A DNA stretch of 64,000 bases from Nitrospinales bacterium (GTDB lineage Bacteria; Nitrospinota; Nitrospinia; Nitrospinales; VA-1), in the NCBI GenBank assembly GCA_965223795.1, contig CBDCXL010000002.1:2464001-2528000 (forward strand), in the 5' to 3' direction. The first letter of the stretch is position 1. Every line of letters begins with the position of its first letter. Below are positions 39,578-50,006 of the stretch, piece by piece. A program made the translations under genes and the position numbers. The notes under the pieces were generated by a model. The model saw nothing but the letters and a program-made list of their open reading frames with translations. It had not been told where the DNA came from and did no database searches.

Positions 39578-40101
39578 CAGGGCGGGAAGTTCATATTAAA
39601 AGCGTGCAACCGCATCGGATATGAATTGCCCGAACTGATTGCGATTTCCTGGATCGATCATCTATTTAAGCAGTAGATTGGAGGTTTCTGTGTTAATTCA
39701 CGGTGCTTACAATGGACTTCTTGTTTTGTCCTCAAGGATGTGGATGAATTGAAAAACTATGATTCACTGATGACTATGGGATTTTTATGGTTCTCGATTT
39801 GGGTTCACGGGAATTGTTTAAGGTGTCACATAAAGTCTTGACTCTTGTGGGAACTCGCTTTATCTTTACAAGGAATTTTCTGCTGCCGGAGCGGAGAATT
39901 TCCTTTTGCTGCAATTTCGGGTTTCTTTCTTCGACCATCAGCGATGGCATTGGCGTTGGGAGGCGCTCCCATCCGTTTGCAGTCTACCCGCCGAAACTTG
40001 AAACCCGTATCCCGCAATCCGGCGTTTCTTTCCCATCAAATGGCAGCGCTTTCCTATATGTGCCACGCATTTTCAACCCCAGGAATTGAGAACCTGAAAC
40101 C

Positions 40102-40950
40102 ATGGATATCAACCATCTGTTGGATGGAGAAGACCAGCTCGCCACCCTTCCGGAAGTCTTTTACAAGCTGAACGCGGCGATCGAGGATCCGGACTGCACC
40201 TTCGACGAGATCGGCGAGATCATCAGCGTGGATCCGGGTCTGACGGCGCGGCTTCTGCGCATCGTCAACAGCGCCTTCTACGGTTTTTCCACCCAGGTCG
40301 AAACGGTGACGCATGCTCTGACCATTATCGGAACGGATCAGTTGACCCAGCTGGTGCTCGCGACCTCGGTGATGAGCCAGTTCAAGGACGTTCCGGCGGA
40401 TCTGCTCGACATGGAATCGTTCTGGCAGCACAGCATCGCGGCGGGACTGGCGGCGCGCACACTGGCGGCGCTGAGCGGCGAGTACAACGTCGAGCGGTTT
40501 TTCGTGGCGGGGTTGCTGCACGACATCGGCCGGCTGATCCTGTGCGTGCGCGCACCGGAAAAAACCAGGGAAGTGCTGGAAGCCGGAGCCAAAAGCGAAC
40601 GGCCGCTATACGTGGTGGAGCAGGAAAAGCTGGGCTACGACCATGCGGAGGTGGGCGGCAGGCTGCTGTTGAGCTGGAACCTGCCGGAGCGGCTGGCCGA
40701 ATCGATCCGCTGGCACCATCAGCCTGCCAAGGCGCGCAACCACGTGGAAGAGGCGGCGGTGGTGAACCTGGCGGACGGCATCGCCTATTCGATGGAAATC
40801 GGCGGCAGCGGCGAAACCTTTCTGGCGCCTCTGGAGCCCAAGTGCTGGGAGCAGGTGGGACTGCCCGAAAGCCTGTATCTGCCGATGGTGAAGGAAAAGG
40901 TGGACCTGCAATTCGAAGACGTGGCGGGCATCCTTCTGCAAACCGCCTGA
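40102..40950 (+). CDS. HDOD domain protein
   Basis: LATLPEV, DPGLTARLLRIVNSAFY, FWQHS, AGLLHDIG, HAEVG..W.LP, HH. Confidence 0.93.
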   Translation: MDINHLLDGEDQLATLPEVFYKLNAAIEDPDCTFDEIGEIISVDPGLTARLLRIVNSAFYGFSTQVETVTHALTIIGTDQLTQLVLATSVMSQFKDVPADLLDMESFWQHSIAAGLAARTLAALSGEYNVERFFVAGLLHDIGRLILCVRAPEKTREVLEAGAKSERPLYVVEQEKLGYDHAEVGGRLLLSWNLPERLAESIRWHHQPAKARNHVEEAAVVNLADGIAYSMEIGGSGETFLAPLEPKCWEQVGLPESLYLPMVKEKVDLQFEDVAGILLQTA

Positions 40951-41024
40951 AACAACCGAAAACAATCACACCCCTTTAGCACCATCCCCGGAATCTTCCT
41001 AGCCGGGGTTCGTTCTCTCCTGCC

Positions 41025-41237
41025 TTAAAAATTCACAAGATCGTCGTCGTCGAGGATGCTTTCCGCGAGGCCTTTTTCGATGATGGCGTCCGCCAGTTCT
41101 CCGTGGCCTCCCGGTTCGTAGTCGTCCACGTTCTGTTCGTCGAAATCGTCGAAATAGATGCCGTGCTCGCCTTCAACCCATTCGCGGACCGGATTGCTGA
41201 ACCGCAACACTTTTTGCACTGCTTCCAGTTTTTCCAT
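41025..41237 (-). CDS. Small acidic hypothetical protein
   Basis: 70-aa ORF with coding-like codon use. Confidence 0.6.
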   Translation of the reverse strand: MEKLEAVQKVLRFSNPVREWVEGEHGIYFDDFDEQNVDDYEPGGHGELADAIIEKGLAESILDDDDLVNF

Positions 41238-41318
41238 GAGGTTTGAACGCGATGCTTCGGGTTTGCGCCCGCATCCGGTCCTGAAAGCTAAAGGGGGTGC
41301 GGAAGAAAGGGGGACGGC

Positions 41319-41519
41319 TCAGTTTAAGGACAGCAGCACGCCGGCTTTGCCGATGCGCTCCGCCAGCTGCGGGTAAAAGAAATAGCCCCGCTCCTGTTTC
41401 AGAGAACCGCGGTCGCGCTTCAGGCCGTCCCGCAGCCGGAGCACTTCGCGCAGGGTCAGGGGCCGCGCCCGGTTGAGGAAAGAGAATGCTGGAGCGTCTT
41501 GTTTTTTCATATCGCCCAT
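41319..41519 (-). CDS. Small hypothetical protein
   Basis: ORF from MGDMKKQ with AGGA upstream; co-oriented with 41025-41237. Confidence 0.45.
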   Translation of the reverse strand: MGDMKKQDAPAFSFLNRARPLTLREVLRLRDGLKRDRGSLKQERGYFFYPQLAERIGKAGVLLSLN

Positions 41520-41647
41520 GGGTTCCTGCAGGGTTGGACATTCACCGCAATGATCTTTAGATTCAAAAAATCCGCGAATGTTTCTGGGAAATGCGATTTT
41601 TTGACGATTTTTCCTCATTTTCCTGCCAGGAGAATGAAAACAAAGCC

Positions 41648-43201
41648 CTAAGGTTTGTACCCCTTGGCCCCGGTGAAATCGGCGTCGGTGGTGTCGGAGC
41701 CGGTGAGGTCCGCGCCGGTCAGGTCGGCCTGGTCCAGTTTGGCTTCCCCCAGCTTGACGCTCGACAGCCGCGATCCGGATAGATCGGCGCGGCTGAACCG
41801 GGAAAACTCCAGGTCGCCGCGGCTGAAATCGGTTCCGCTCAAAGCCGCCCGGCTGAAATCCGCTCTCGAAGCGCGGCAGCCCATCAATTGCGCGTTTGAG
41901 AGATCGGCCCGCTTGAGGCTGGCTCTTTCGAGCGAGGCCCCCACCAGTTTGCAGTCTGTAAGACGGGTTTTTTCCAGCACGGCTTCGGAAAGGTTCGCCC
42001 GGCTCAAATCCGAACCGGAAAGATCGGCTTCGGAAAAGTCCGCCCCGGTGAGGTCGGCTCCGGAAAGGTCGGCGTTTTTCAATTGCACGCCTTTGAGCTT
42101 GGCTTTTTTAAGATTGGCTTTCGGCAGCCTGGCGTTGTTGAGGTTGGCGTCCTGCAGCTTGATCCGGCCCAGGTCCGCGCCGCGCAGGATGACGTCGGTC
42201 AGGTTCGCCGCGGTCATGTCGGCGATGTGCAGATTGGCTTCGCTCAGATTGGAGTTTTTGAACTGGGTGCGGCGCAGGATGGAACCGTTGAGATTGGCCC
42301 GGCTGAGATCCGCCTGCTGCAGGTTGGCCTCGGAAAGGTCGGCGCTGGTGAGGTCCGCCCGCGGCAGCAGAGCCTCGGTGAAATCGACGCCGACCAGCCG
42401 GGCGCCTTTTAACTTGGCCCGGGTCATGACCGCCTTGTGAAATTTGGCCTCGAAAAAGACCGCCATGCTCAGCTTGGAATCGGTGAAGTCCACTTCGGAA
42501 AGATCGGCGCCGGAAAACTTGGCGCGGCTGAGGTCGGCTTCCATGATCTTGGCGCGCGACATTCTGGCTTTGGTGAACTCCGCACGGGTGAAATCCACTT
42601 CGTTCAGGTTGCAGCCGGTGAGATCGGCCTTGATGAATTTCGACTGCCTGAGGTTGGCGCGTTCCAGGTTCGCCTCTTTCAGGTTGGCGCCGTTGAACAC
42701 CGCTTCGACGAGAATCGCGTCCTCCAGTTTCGCCGAGGCCAGGTCGGCGTCGGTCATCACGCATCCTTCGAGGTTGGCGTCGGAGAGATTCGCTTTTTTC
42801 AGGTTGGCTTTTTCCAGGATGGTTCCGGTGAGATCGGCGTGGGAAAGATCGGTCTCTTCCAGGTTGGTTTCCGTGAGGTTCGCCTTGTGGAAATTGAGAT
42901 CGGAAAGGTCCAGACCGGAAAGATTCACGCCCCGCAAAGGATGGAATTCTTCCTCCTCTTCTTCTTCCGGTTCTTCTTCGGTCTCTTCAGTCTCTTCGTC
43001 CGCTTGCTCTGTGGATTCTTCTGTCTCCGCGTCTTCAGGCTCTTCTTCGGATTCGCCGGTTTCCTCTTCCTCCTCGACAACGATTTCCTCGACGATCTCT
43101 TCTTCTTCGAAAACCTCCTCTTCTTCCTCCTCCTTGGCCTTCAACGTCTCCGCAATCTGAGCGAGCAAGGATTTGACCTCCTCGCGAGTGAAATCCGCCA
43201 T
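41648..43201 (-). CDS. Long pentapeptide-repeat protein with Glu-rich N-terminal segment
   Basis: About 430 aa of A(D/N)Lxx repeats after a roughly 60-aa Glu-rich stretch. Confidence 0.92.
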   Translation of the reverse strand: MADFTREEVKSLLAQIAETLKAKEEEEEEVFEEEEIVEEIVVEEEEETGESEEEPEDAETEESTEQADEETEETEEEPEEEEEEEFHPLRGVNLSGLDLSDLNFHKANLTETNLEETDLSHADLTGTILEKANLKKANLSDANLEGCVMTDADLASAKLEDAILVEAVFNGANLKEANLERANLRQSKFIKADLTGCNLNEVDFTRAEFTKARMSRAKIMEADLSRAKFSGADLSEVDFTDSKLSMAVFFEAKFHKAVMTRAKLKGARLVGVDFTEALLPRADLTSADLSEANLQQADLSRANLNGSILRRTQFKNSNLSEANLHIADMTAANLTDVILRGADLGRIKLQDANLNNARLPKANLKKAKLKGVQLKNADLSGADLTGADFSEADLSGSDLSRANLSEAVLEKTRLTDCKLVGASLERASLKRADLSNAQLMGCRASRADFSRAALSGTDFSRGDLEFSRFSRADLSGSRLSSVKLGEAKLDQADLTGADLTGSDTTDADFTGAKGYKP

Positions 43202-43390
43202 TATCTTCTGAATCCTGTTTCGGGTTTTGCAGCAAACTCAGGTTTCCCTTGGGTTCGCTGCACGTGGAAACCGCGGGGAAAGTTCAAACCTTATGAATGA
43301 ACGCGCAGATCAACTTATAACACAGAACACCCCTGATCTCACAGGGCTACCGGAGGGAGAGCGTCCCGGCGGTCGCCGTCCCGGATCTCC

Positions 43391-44164
43391 TTAGCGGCAG
43401 GAGTACATATTGCAAAAGAGAGTGACCACTTTTCTCAGCCGCGAGTCGAGGTTTTCGTAAACCTTGTCCTCGATGGATTCGGGGATGTCTCCGTAAAACG
43501 CATGCGCGATGCCGCCGGTGATGCAGGCGATGGTGTCGCTGTCTCCGCCGATGGAGATGGCTTTGCGGATGGCGTCTTCAAAATTTTCCGATTCCAGAAA
43601 GGCGATGATAGCGGGCGGCACGGTGGCCTGGCAGGAAACGTCGTGCTGGTGGCGTTCGCGGACCGATTCCAGCGGCTCATCCAGTTTGTAAGCGAAGGTT
43701 TTGGAAATGTAATCCGCGATCTCGGTTTTGTCTTTTCCGGTCCGTGCCAGGAAAACCGCCGCGGCAATGGCCTGCGCGCCGCGGACGCCTTCTTCGTGAT
43801 TGTGCGTGACTTCCGCACTCTTGCGCGCCATTTCCAAAACCTCTTCGAGGCTGTCGTAGGCGAACCCGATCGGGCTGACGCGCATGGCGGCGCCGTTGCC
43901 CCAGCTGTTGTAAGCCTCCCGTTCGCTGCTGGAAGCCCAGCGGATGAAACCGGTGCCGTAGCCCGCGTTGGGATACAGGTTGTAGTACTCCTTCAATTTA
44001 TCGGTGTATTCACTTCCGAACAGAATGCTGTCGGCCAGCGCCACTGTCAGCACGGTGTCGTCGGTGAACTTGGACTCCTGGCTGAACAGAGGAAAGGAAG
44101 TGGAATTCACATTGTTGTTTTCATAAACGGACCCGATGATGTCCCCAGCAATCGCCCCAATCAT
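43391..44164 (-). CDS. ADP-ribosylglycohydrolase (DraG/ARH family)
   Basis: GAIAGDIIG, FTDDT, GNGAAMR, VTH, GGDSDT. Confidence 0.93.
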   Translation of the reverse strand: MIGAIAGDIIGSVYENNNVNSTSFPLFSQESKFTDDTVLTVALADSILFGSEYTDKLKEYYNLYPNAGYGTGFIRWASSSEREAYNSWGNGAAMRVSPIGFAYDSLEEVLEMARKSAEVTHNHEEGVRGAQAIAAAVFLARTGKDKTEIADYISKTFAYKLDEPLESVRERHQHDVSCQATVPPAIIAFLESENFEDAIRKAISIGGDSDTIACITGGIAHAFYGDIPESIEDKVYENLDSRLRKVVTLFCNMYSCR

Positions 44165-44526
44165 GACTTGATTCCCTGAAAAATGGTTGAAAAGTGGATG
44201 ACCCTATTATACTGAGTCGCACCGGGCTTCGCAGGCAGAAAAAACTCCGCATCGGCATGTCAAAATTTTAGGATACAGGGCTTAAAAATATATAAATTTA
44301 AGGTAATTTAAATTTCTTTATTTAGAATTTGCTTTAAGTTGTGGGTGTGGGGATGGGACCCGCGATTTTCACCGGGAATTCCGGAATGATCGGTTTTTTT
44401 CACGGTGCGGACGGCCGTGACCCGCGGATTGTTTCCGGTGCGATTTTTTAAAAACGGAGAGCGCTGCGATGAAGGGGAAATAAAAAAGAGGAAAACTGCG
44501 GGCTCCGCCCGCGGCTTACAGACAAC

Positions 44527-44817
44527 TCATTCGCTTTTTTTGATGAAGCCCACAAAGGCGATGAGGGCCAGGAGCACGCCCAGCGCGCCGTATGCGAACA
44601 CGCCGCCGGAGGTGGGCGAAAGTTGCTTCATGAAGTAAACCCGGTTGAGCACAAACGTCCAGTAGTAGAAAAAGCCAAACGAAACCAGAAGCCCCATTTT
44701 GTGTTTTCCAAGCAGCAGAAACACGGAACAAAGCAGGGCGAACAATCCCACCTGCGACAGGGGAATGGTGAACGTCATATCCGATAAAAATCCGAAACTA
44801 TTGGTGATGGATTTCAT
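44527..44817 (-). CDS. Small multi-TM hypothetical protein
   Basis: AAGGAG RBS; three hydrophobic segments. Confidence 0.7.
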   Translation of the reverse strand: MKSITNSFGFLSDMTFTIPLSQVGLFALLCSVFLLLGKHKMGLLVSFGFFYYWTFVLNRVYFMKQLSPTSGGVFAYGALGVLLALIAFVGFIKKSE

Positions 44818-45163
44818 GTTCTCTCCTTGATGGATTGGAATGGCGCCTGCGGAACGCGGCGCAACTCAAGCCACCCGCTTGTTACCTAGTAATACCTTAT
44901 TTTACAATAAATTAAATCGAATTTGGTGAAAAATCGGAGGCGCGAACCGGGATCGGTTCGGCTGCCGGGGTTTGCGGGAAAGGGGTAAAACCAGCGGTTT
45001 TTCAATTGTTTTTGAGCGGGTTGCGGAGCCCTTTCCCACATTTTGACCGCCTGTGGGTCAGTAAATCGTAAAAATGCCTGTTTTTGGGGCAGAAATTTAT
45101 GCGTGGACGAAGAACCTCCGAGGCCGGGCTTGAATTTAAAGCATTTTGAGGGTTCCCCGTGGC

Positions 45164-45179
45164 TGGTATGGAACTTGTA
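45164..45179 (+). promoter_or_regulatory. Possible variant sigma54 promoter TGGTATGGAACTTGTA upstream of nirA
   Basis: Correct spacing but GT instead of GC at -12. Confidence 0.35.
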
Positions 45180-45235
45180 ATCAAAATGGGTTTTCGAGCG
45201 GCATTCTCCATTTCACAACACGAGGACCCTTCCTG

Positions 45236-46813
45236 TTGAACAAGATCGAAACCATCAAAGCGGAAAAAGACGCGCTGGCAATCAAACAGGAGCTGCACCG
45301 GTTCGCCAAGGAAGGCTGGGAGTCCATCGGCGAAGCGGACCTGCAACGGCTCAAATGGTATGGCCTGTTTCTGCGCACGCCCACGCCCGGTCATTTCATG
45401 CTGCGCGTGCGGATCCCCAACGGACACACGTTTTCCTACCAGGCGCGCGCGCTGGGGGAGGTGGCGCAGGGCTTCGGCAACGGCGTCATCGACATCACCA
45501 CGCGGCAGCAGGTGCAATTGCGGCATCTGAAAATCGACAACATCCCCGAAGTGTTCGACATTCTGCAATCGGCCGGACTCAATTCCATCCAGACCGGCAT
45601 GGACAACGTGCGCAACATCATGGGCTGCCCGGTGGCGGGGCTGCACCCGAAGGAATGGATCGACGCGTCGCCGCTGGTGTTCGCGCTGACCCAGCACATT
45701 CTGGAAAACCGCGAGTTCACCAATCTGCCGCGAAAGTGCAACGTCATGATCACCGGCTGCATCGACAACTGCCTGCACGCCGAAACCCAGGACCTGGCGC
45801 TGGTGCCCGCCAGCCGGGAAGCGCAGGGCGAAGTGCGGCGCGGCTTCAACCTGATCGCGGGTGGCAAGCTCGGTTCGGGCGGTTACCGCATCGCCACGCC
45901 GCTGGATGTGTTTGTGCCGCCGGAGGACGCGGTGGAGGTCCTGTCTGCGGCGATCCTGATCTACCGCGACCACGGCAACCGCGAGGTGCGCACGCAGAAC
46001 CGGCTGGCGTTTCTGCTGGACGAATGGGGCGAGGCGGCTTTTCGCGCGGAACTGGAAAAACGGATCGACCGGCCGCTCGAACGCGCGGGTGAGGACGTGC
46101 GCCTGAATGAGACTTCCGAGCACATCGGCATCTACCGGCAGAAGCAGCCGCGGATGAACTACGTCGGGCTCAAGGTTCCGGTGGGGCGCATCGAAGGAAA
46201 CAAACTCATGCGCATCGCCGATCTCGCCGAACGCTACGGCAACGGCGAGATCCGCCTGTCTCCCGCGCAGAGCCTGATCCTGCCCAACGTGCCGGACCGC
46301 AACCTGGGCGATCTCCTGGAAGAAGACATGCTGAAAGAATTCGTGTACCACCCGGCGAGCGTGGTGCGCGGGCTGGTGAGCTGCGTTGGCAGCGACTACT
46401 GCCACCTGGCCGCGATCGAGACGAAAGAGCGCGCCCGCGAGGTGGCGGCGAAGCTGGAACAGCGGCTGCCGGACACGGCGCCGATCAGCATGCACTGGTC
46501 CGGCTGCCCGGCGGGCTGCGGCAATCACCTCGTCGCCGACATCGGGCTTCTGGGAAAGCGCATCAAGCACAAGGGCGAGACCGTGGACGCGGTGGACGTG
46601 TACATGGGCGGCAAGGCCGGGAAGAACCCGCGGCTGGCGCTCAAGGTGCTGGAGAACATCCCCTGCGACGAACTGCCCCAGGTGCTGGAGCAGATCGTGC
46701 CGTACCACGCGCGCAACAAGATGCACAAGGTGAAGGGAAAGAAAAAAAAGAAACCGCCCGCCGCGGCTCCGGTTTTAAACGTCAAGCCCAGCTCGGCGGC
46801 CATCCCTGGTTAG
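45236..46813 (+). CDS. nirA: Ferredoxin--nitrite reductase (siroheme/4Fe-4S)
   Basis: TTG start after GAGGA; NKIE.IK, LKWYG, ITTRQ, NLPRK, SCVGSDYC and SGCPAGCG ligands; FNT gene adjacent. Confidence 0.92.
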   Translation: MNKIETIKAEKDALAIKQELHRFAKEGWESIGEADLQRLKWYGLFLRTPTPGHFMLRVRIPNGHTFSYQARALGEVAQGFGNGVIDITTRQQVQLRHLKIDNIPEVFDILQSAGLNSIQTGMDNVRNIMGCPVAGLHPKEWIDASPLVFALTQHILENREFTNLPRKCNVMITGCIDNCLHAETQDLALVPASREAQGEVRRGFNLIAGGKLGSGGYRIATPLDVFVPPEDAVEVLSAAILIYRDHGNREVRTQNRLAFLLDEWGEAAFRAELEKRIDRPLERAGEDVRLNETSEHIGIYRQKQPRMNYVGLKVPVGRIEGNKLMRIADLAERYGNGEIRLSPAQSLILPNVPDRNLGDLLEEDMLKEFVYHPASVVRGLVSCVGSDYCHLAAIETKERAREVAAKLEQRLPDTAPISMHWSGCPAGCGNHLVADIGLLGKRIKHKGETVDAVDVYMGGKAGKNPRLALKVLENIPCDELPQVLEQIVPYHARNKMHKVKGKKKKKPPAAAPVLNVKPSSAAIPG

Positions 46814-46879
46814 CAGATTAAAGGCGGCTTGAAAGAAACGGAAACGGCGGCCGGATCATTCCAAAAAGGAGGTGATGCT

Positions 46880-47710
46880 GTGTTCGATAACGAGATCGAG
46901 AAAATCGCGGATGCGTCGGAAAAGAAGATCCGCTTCATGCAGCAGACGCCGTTCGGGTATCTATTGCTGTCGGCGCTGGCGGGCGTCTATCTTGGATTTG
47001 GCATCGTGCTGATCTTTTCGGTGGGCGGTCCCATCGCCCAGGGCGGGAGCGCCCACTTTTTGAAGCTCGTCATGGGGGCCTGCTTCGGAGTGGCGCTCAG
47101 CCTTGTCATCTTCGCCGGTTCGGAACTGTTCACCGGCAACAACATGGTGTTCGCCGTCGGGCGCGTGGCGAAAAAGATCGGCATCGCGCCCATCTGCGTT
47201 CTGTTCGTGCTGTGCTTTATGGGCAACCTGTTGGGATCGGTGTTTTTAAGCTGGCTGGTGGTGCAGGGCGGCAGCCTGGGCGGCGAAGCGAAAGAGCTGA
47301 TCCTCAATGTCGCCGCCATGAAGATGAACCTCTCTGCCAAGGAAGCGTTTCTGCGCGGCATCCTGTGCAACTGGCTCGTGTGCCTCGCCGTGTGGATGGC
47401 GCACCGCACCGAGAACGACGCGGCGAAGCTGATCCTCATTTTCTGGTGCCTGTTCGCGTTCATCGCCAGCGGCTTCGAGCACAGCATCGCCAACCAGAGT
47501 CTCTTGAGCCTGGCGCTGCTTTTGCCGCACGGGGCGGACGTCTCAATCGCGGGGTTCGTGCACAACCAGGTGTTCGTGACCGCGGGCAACATCGTGGGCG
47601 GCGGCCTCATGGTGGGACTCGTCTACGGGTTCGCCAGCGCCGATGCAGCGCGCCGACCGGAAGAAGCCAAACTGGCCGAACTCAAACTCGTGAATGACCG
47701 GGAGGGGTGA
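46880..47710 (+). CDS. nirC: Formate/nitrite transporter family channel
   Basis: AGGAGG RBS then GTG; GSELFTGN, GILCNWLVCLA, FEHSIAN, GNIVGG. Confidence 0.9.
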   Translation: MFDNEIEKIADASEKKIRFMQQTPFGYLLLSALAGVYLGFGIVLIFSVGGPIAQGGSAHFLKLVMGACFGVALSLVIFAGSELFTGNNMVFAVGRVAKKIGIAPICVLFVLCFMGNLLGSVFLSWLVVQGGSLGGEAKELILNVAAMKMNLSAKEAFLRGILCNWLVCLAVWMAHRTENDAAKLILIFWCLFAFIASGFEHSIANQSLLSLALLLPHGADVSIAGFVHNQVFVTAGNIVGGGLMVGLVYGFASADAARRPEEAKLAELKLVNDREG

Positions 47711-47814
47711 TTACTCTGGGATAAGTTTTTTCCCTGTAAATTTCAAATAAAGAATTTACGATCTATAAATATAAAAATGAAAACTTATGTCAGTTGAAGA
47801 ATAATACTATTATA

Positions 47815-48471
47815 CTAATTTTTTAGGTTTCGAAGAGTTTCGCGAAAATAGCAAAAACTTGGAGAATTATTATTATCGACGTCCATGTTTTTGCAAATTT
47901 TTTCCGCCCACTCTGACTTTATTTTTCCAATAGTTTGCCAACCTAGGGTTTTTAATTTAGCAGAACCACCGGGATAAATTGCATCAGCTAATTTTTCCCA
48001 TGTCCCGCAAATACTGTCGTTTACATATGAAGTAAGAATGAAATCTCTAGCTGTAGGATAAGCAGATTTTATAGCAGAGATATCTCCCAATAGCCATGCC
48101 TCGTTCTCTTCTATGGCAATGCAAAATCGTGTTTCTGGCTTTGGCCAACACTTATTAAGAATCTCTAAAAGCTCAGTTCGAAATTTACTTAAGCATTTTG
48201 AATCAAGATCTAATACTACTATGACCGCAACATTGTAAGATTGGGGATATTGGGAGACTGTTTTCCCATATCCTTGTATTATTTTTGGAAGCCGATCAAG
48301 AAGAATTCGCTTTGCAGGATCCAATTTGCCTATTAATCCTTTTGGAATTCGACCAATTCCTTTGTAAGAATAAACATTAAAAGTATTCCCTTCCCCAATG
48401 ATCTTGGGAATTAGAATGTCCAAGGTTTTTTTTCCTGATTGATCTTCTATGAGAATTACGAAATGCATCAA
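47815..48471 (-). CDS. DUF4276-like TOPRIM-fold protein
   Basis: ILIEDQS (TOPRIM Glu), DLD, EENEAWLLGD, SPSF tail; strongly AT-rich. Confidence 0.75.
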   Translation of the reverse strand: MMHFVILIEDQSGKKTLDILIPKIIGEGNTFNVYSYKGIGRIPKGLIGKLDPAKRILLDRLPKIIQGYGKTVSQYPQSYNVAVIVVLDLDSKCLSKFRTELLEILNKCWPKPETRFCIAIEENEAWLLGDISAIKSAYPTARDFILTSYVNDSICGTWEKLADAIYPGGSAKLKTLGWQTIGKIKSEWAEKICKNMDVDNNNSPSFCYFRETLRNLKN

Positions 48472-48473
48472 TT

Positions 48474-49760
48474 CTATTTTGAGTCAAGATAATCGCTGTA
48501 CCATAATCCGCCTAGTGGTAAACCTTCTTCGACCATATTTTTTATAATGGAGTCATTACTTGCTCTTTTTATTTTTGAGAACCCATCTTCATGTTTCTCA
48601 AGAATCCATACTTCTTCCGGTTCAAACGCATCTACAAAATAGGGTTGATGAGTTGTAATAAATATTTGAGATCCCCCTTTTTTTCCTGTTGCATGTTCTC
48701 GAAACTCATGTGCCAGTGTTTCAAGTAGTTTGTGATACAAACCATTTTCTGGTTCTTCAATGCAGATAAATGGGGGAGGCGTTGGATCTTCTAAAAGGAG
48801 AAGATATGCAAAAACTTTTAAAGTTCCATCAGACATCTGCTGTGCATAAAAAGGGTCATTGAAACCTTTATCATTAAACTTTAAAAGTACTCTGCCATCT
48901 TGACTTTTATCCGTACTAATTTGCCCTATGCCTGGTATTTTTTTTGCGATTCGTTCTAATACTTTTGAAAAACGTGATTTATGTTCACGTTCCATGAATT
49001 GAACAACATTGCCTAGGTTATCTCCATGAATATTAAGATGCTTTTGAGGCCCTGCCAAAGGAAGACTTCGAGCTGCATCAGGAGTAAAATAACTGAGATA
49101 CCAGCCTTCAATAAAACTACGAAATGCTGATATTCTTGGATGTTGTTTCAAAGATCCTAAAGTTGCAATTCCGAGCTTTCGTTTGTCTTCTAGCTCAATT
49201 TTTTCTGTTTGAGTACTTTCTTGTTGGACACTTCCGAACAATTTAGCAAATTGAGGATCATCCAAATCGCCCTCATCTTCTTCAATTTGTAATCCTTCAA
49301 CATCACCTTTCCAAGCCAAGCCTTTTCCATCATTTAAAATAAGAAACGAGAACGGTCTGCCTGTTGATTGTCCTTTTCTTCTTTGACGAAGACGTTCTCT
49401 TTTTACGTATGGTCTATTTAATTTATCTAATGCAATAGACAATTCATAAGTTATGGGGCGAGTATTTGACTCTTGGCGATAATAAACTTCAAACATTATT
49501 GGTGCATTTATTCCCTGAGATCGAATTTTTTCGAAACCACCTCTTCCATTTGCATCACATGCTTCTTCGACACCAATCTTTAGGCAATCAGAGAGAAAAC
49601 CAAACGCGTCAAATAATGTGCTCTTCCCAACACTATTTTTACCAATTACAGCGGTAAGCGGTTTTAAAGGGTCAGCATCTTGTGTATTCCACATTTTGCC
49701 AAGTGTGACGTCTTTAAGCACACGGTAGTTTTTTACTCTGAATCCCTCGATTATTGCCAT
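48474..49760 (-). CDS. ABC-type ATPase (AAA_21/AAA_15 family)
   Basis: Walker A GKNSVGKST, signature MSDGT, Walker B ICIEEPEN, H-loop ITTH; strongly AT-rich. Confidence 0.9.
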   Translation of the reverse strand: MAIIEGFRVKNYRVLKDVTLGKMWNTQDADPLKPLTAVIGKNSVGKSTLFDAFGFLSDCLKIGVEEACDANGRGGFEKIRSQGINAPIMFEVYYRQESNTRPITYELSIALDKLNRPYVKRERLRQRRKGQSTGRPFSFLILNDGKGLAWKGDVEGLQIEEDEGDLDDPQFAKLFGSVQQESTQTEKIELEDKRKLGIATLGSLKQHPRISAFRSFIEGWYLSYFTPDAARSLPLAGPQKHLNIHGDNLGNVVQFMEREHKSRFSKVLERIAKKIPGIGQISTDKSQDGRVLLKFNDKGFNDPFYAQQMSDGTLKVFAYLLLLEDPTPPPFICIEEPENGLYHKLLETLAHEFREHATGKKGGSQIFITTHQPYFVDAFEPEEVWILEKHEDGFSKIKRASNDSIIKNMVEEGLPLGGLWYSDYLDSK

Positions 49761-50006
49761 TTAGACCACTCCACTTTGGCACGGGCTATTGATTCGATAG
49801 AATCGTATTTAAAATGTTCACTTTAATATAAAATATTATTTTAGTTGAATTGGATGGTAATCATCTTTTTATAAAGTCTTTAAGTATTAAAAATCTTGGG
49901 CCCTTTTATACACTACTATCCATTTTCTTGAAAATAGAATTCGATACCAATATTAATTCTTGAATTAAATTATTTTTTTCCTTAACTGAATTGTGGAGTT
50001 TAGGGC

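Noticed and set aside
41655..43160. Ser/Arg-rich repetitive ORFs on the plus strand
   Set aside because: Antisense reading of the pentapeptide-repeat gene
43391..44164. Nitrogenase regulation (draG)
   Set aside because: No draT or nif genes in the window; the family is widespread outside diazotrophs
49777..49793. TGGCACGGGCTATTGAT as a sigma54 promoter
   Set aside because: Spacing is off by one, no GC at -12, and it points away from the adjacent gene
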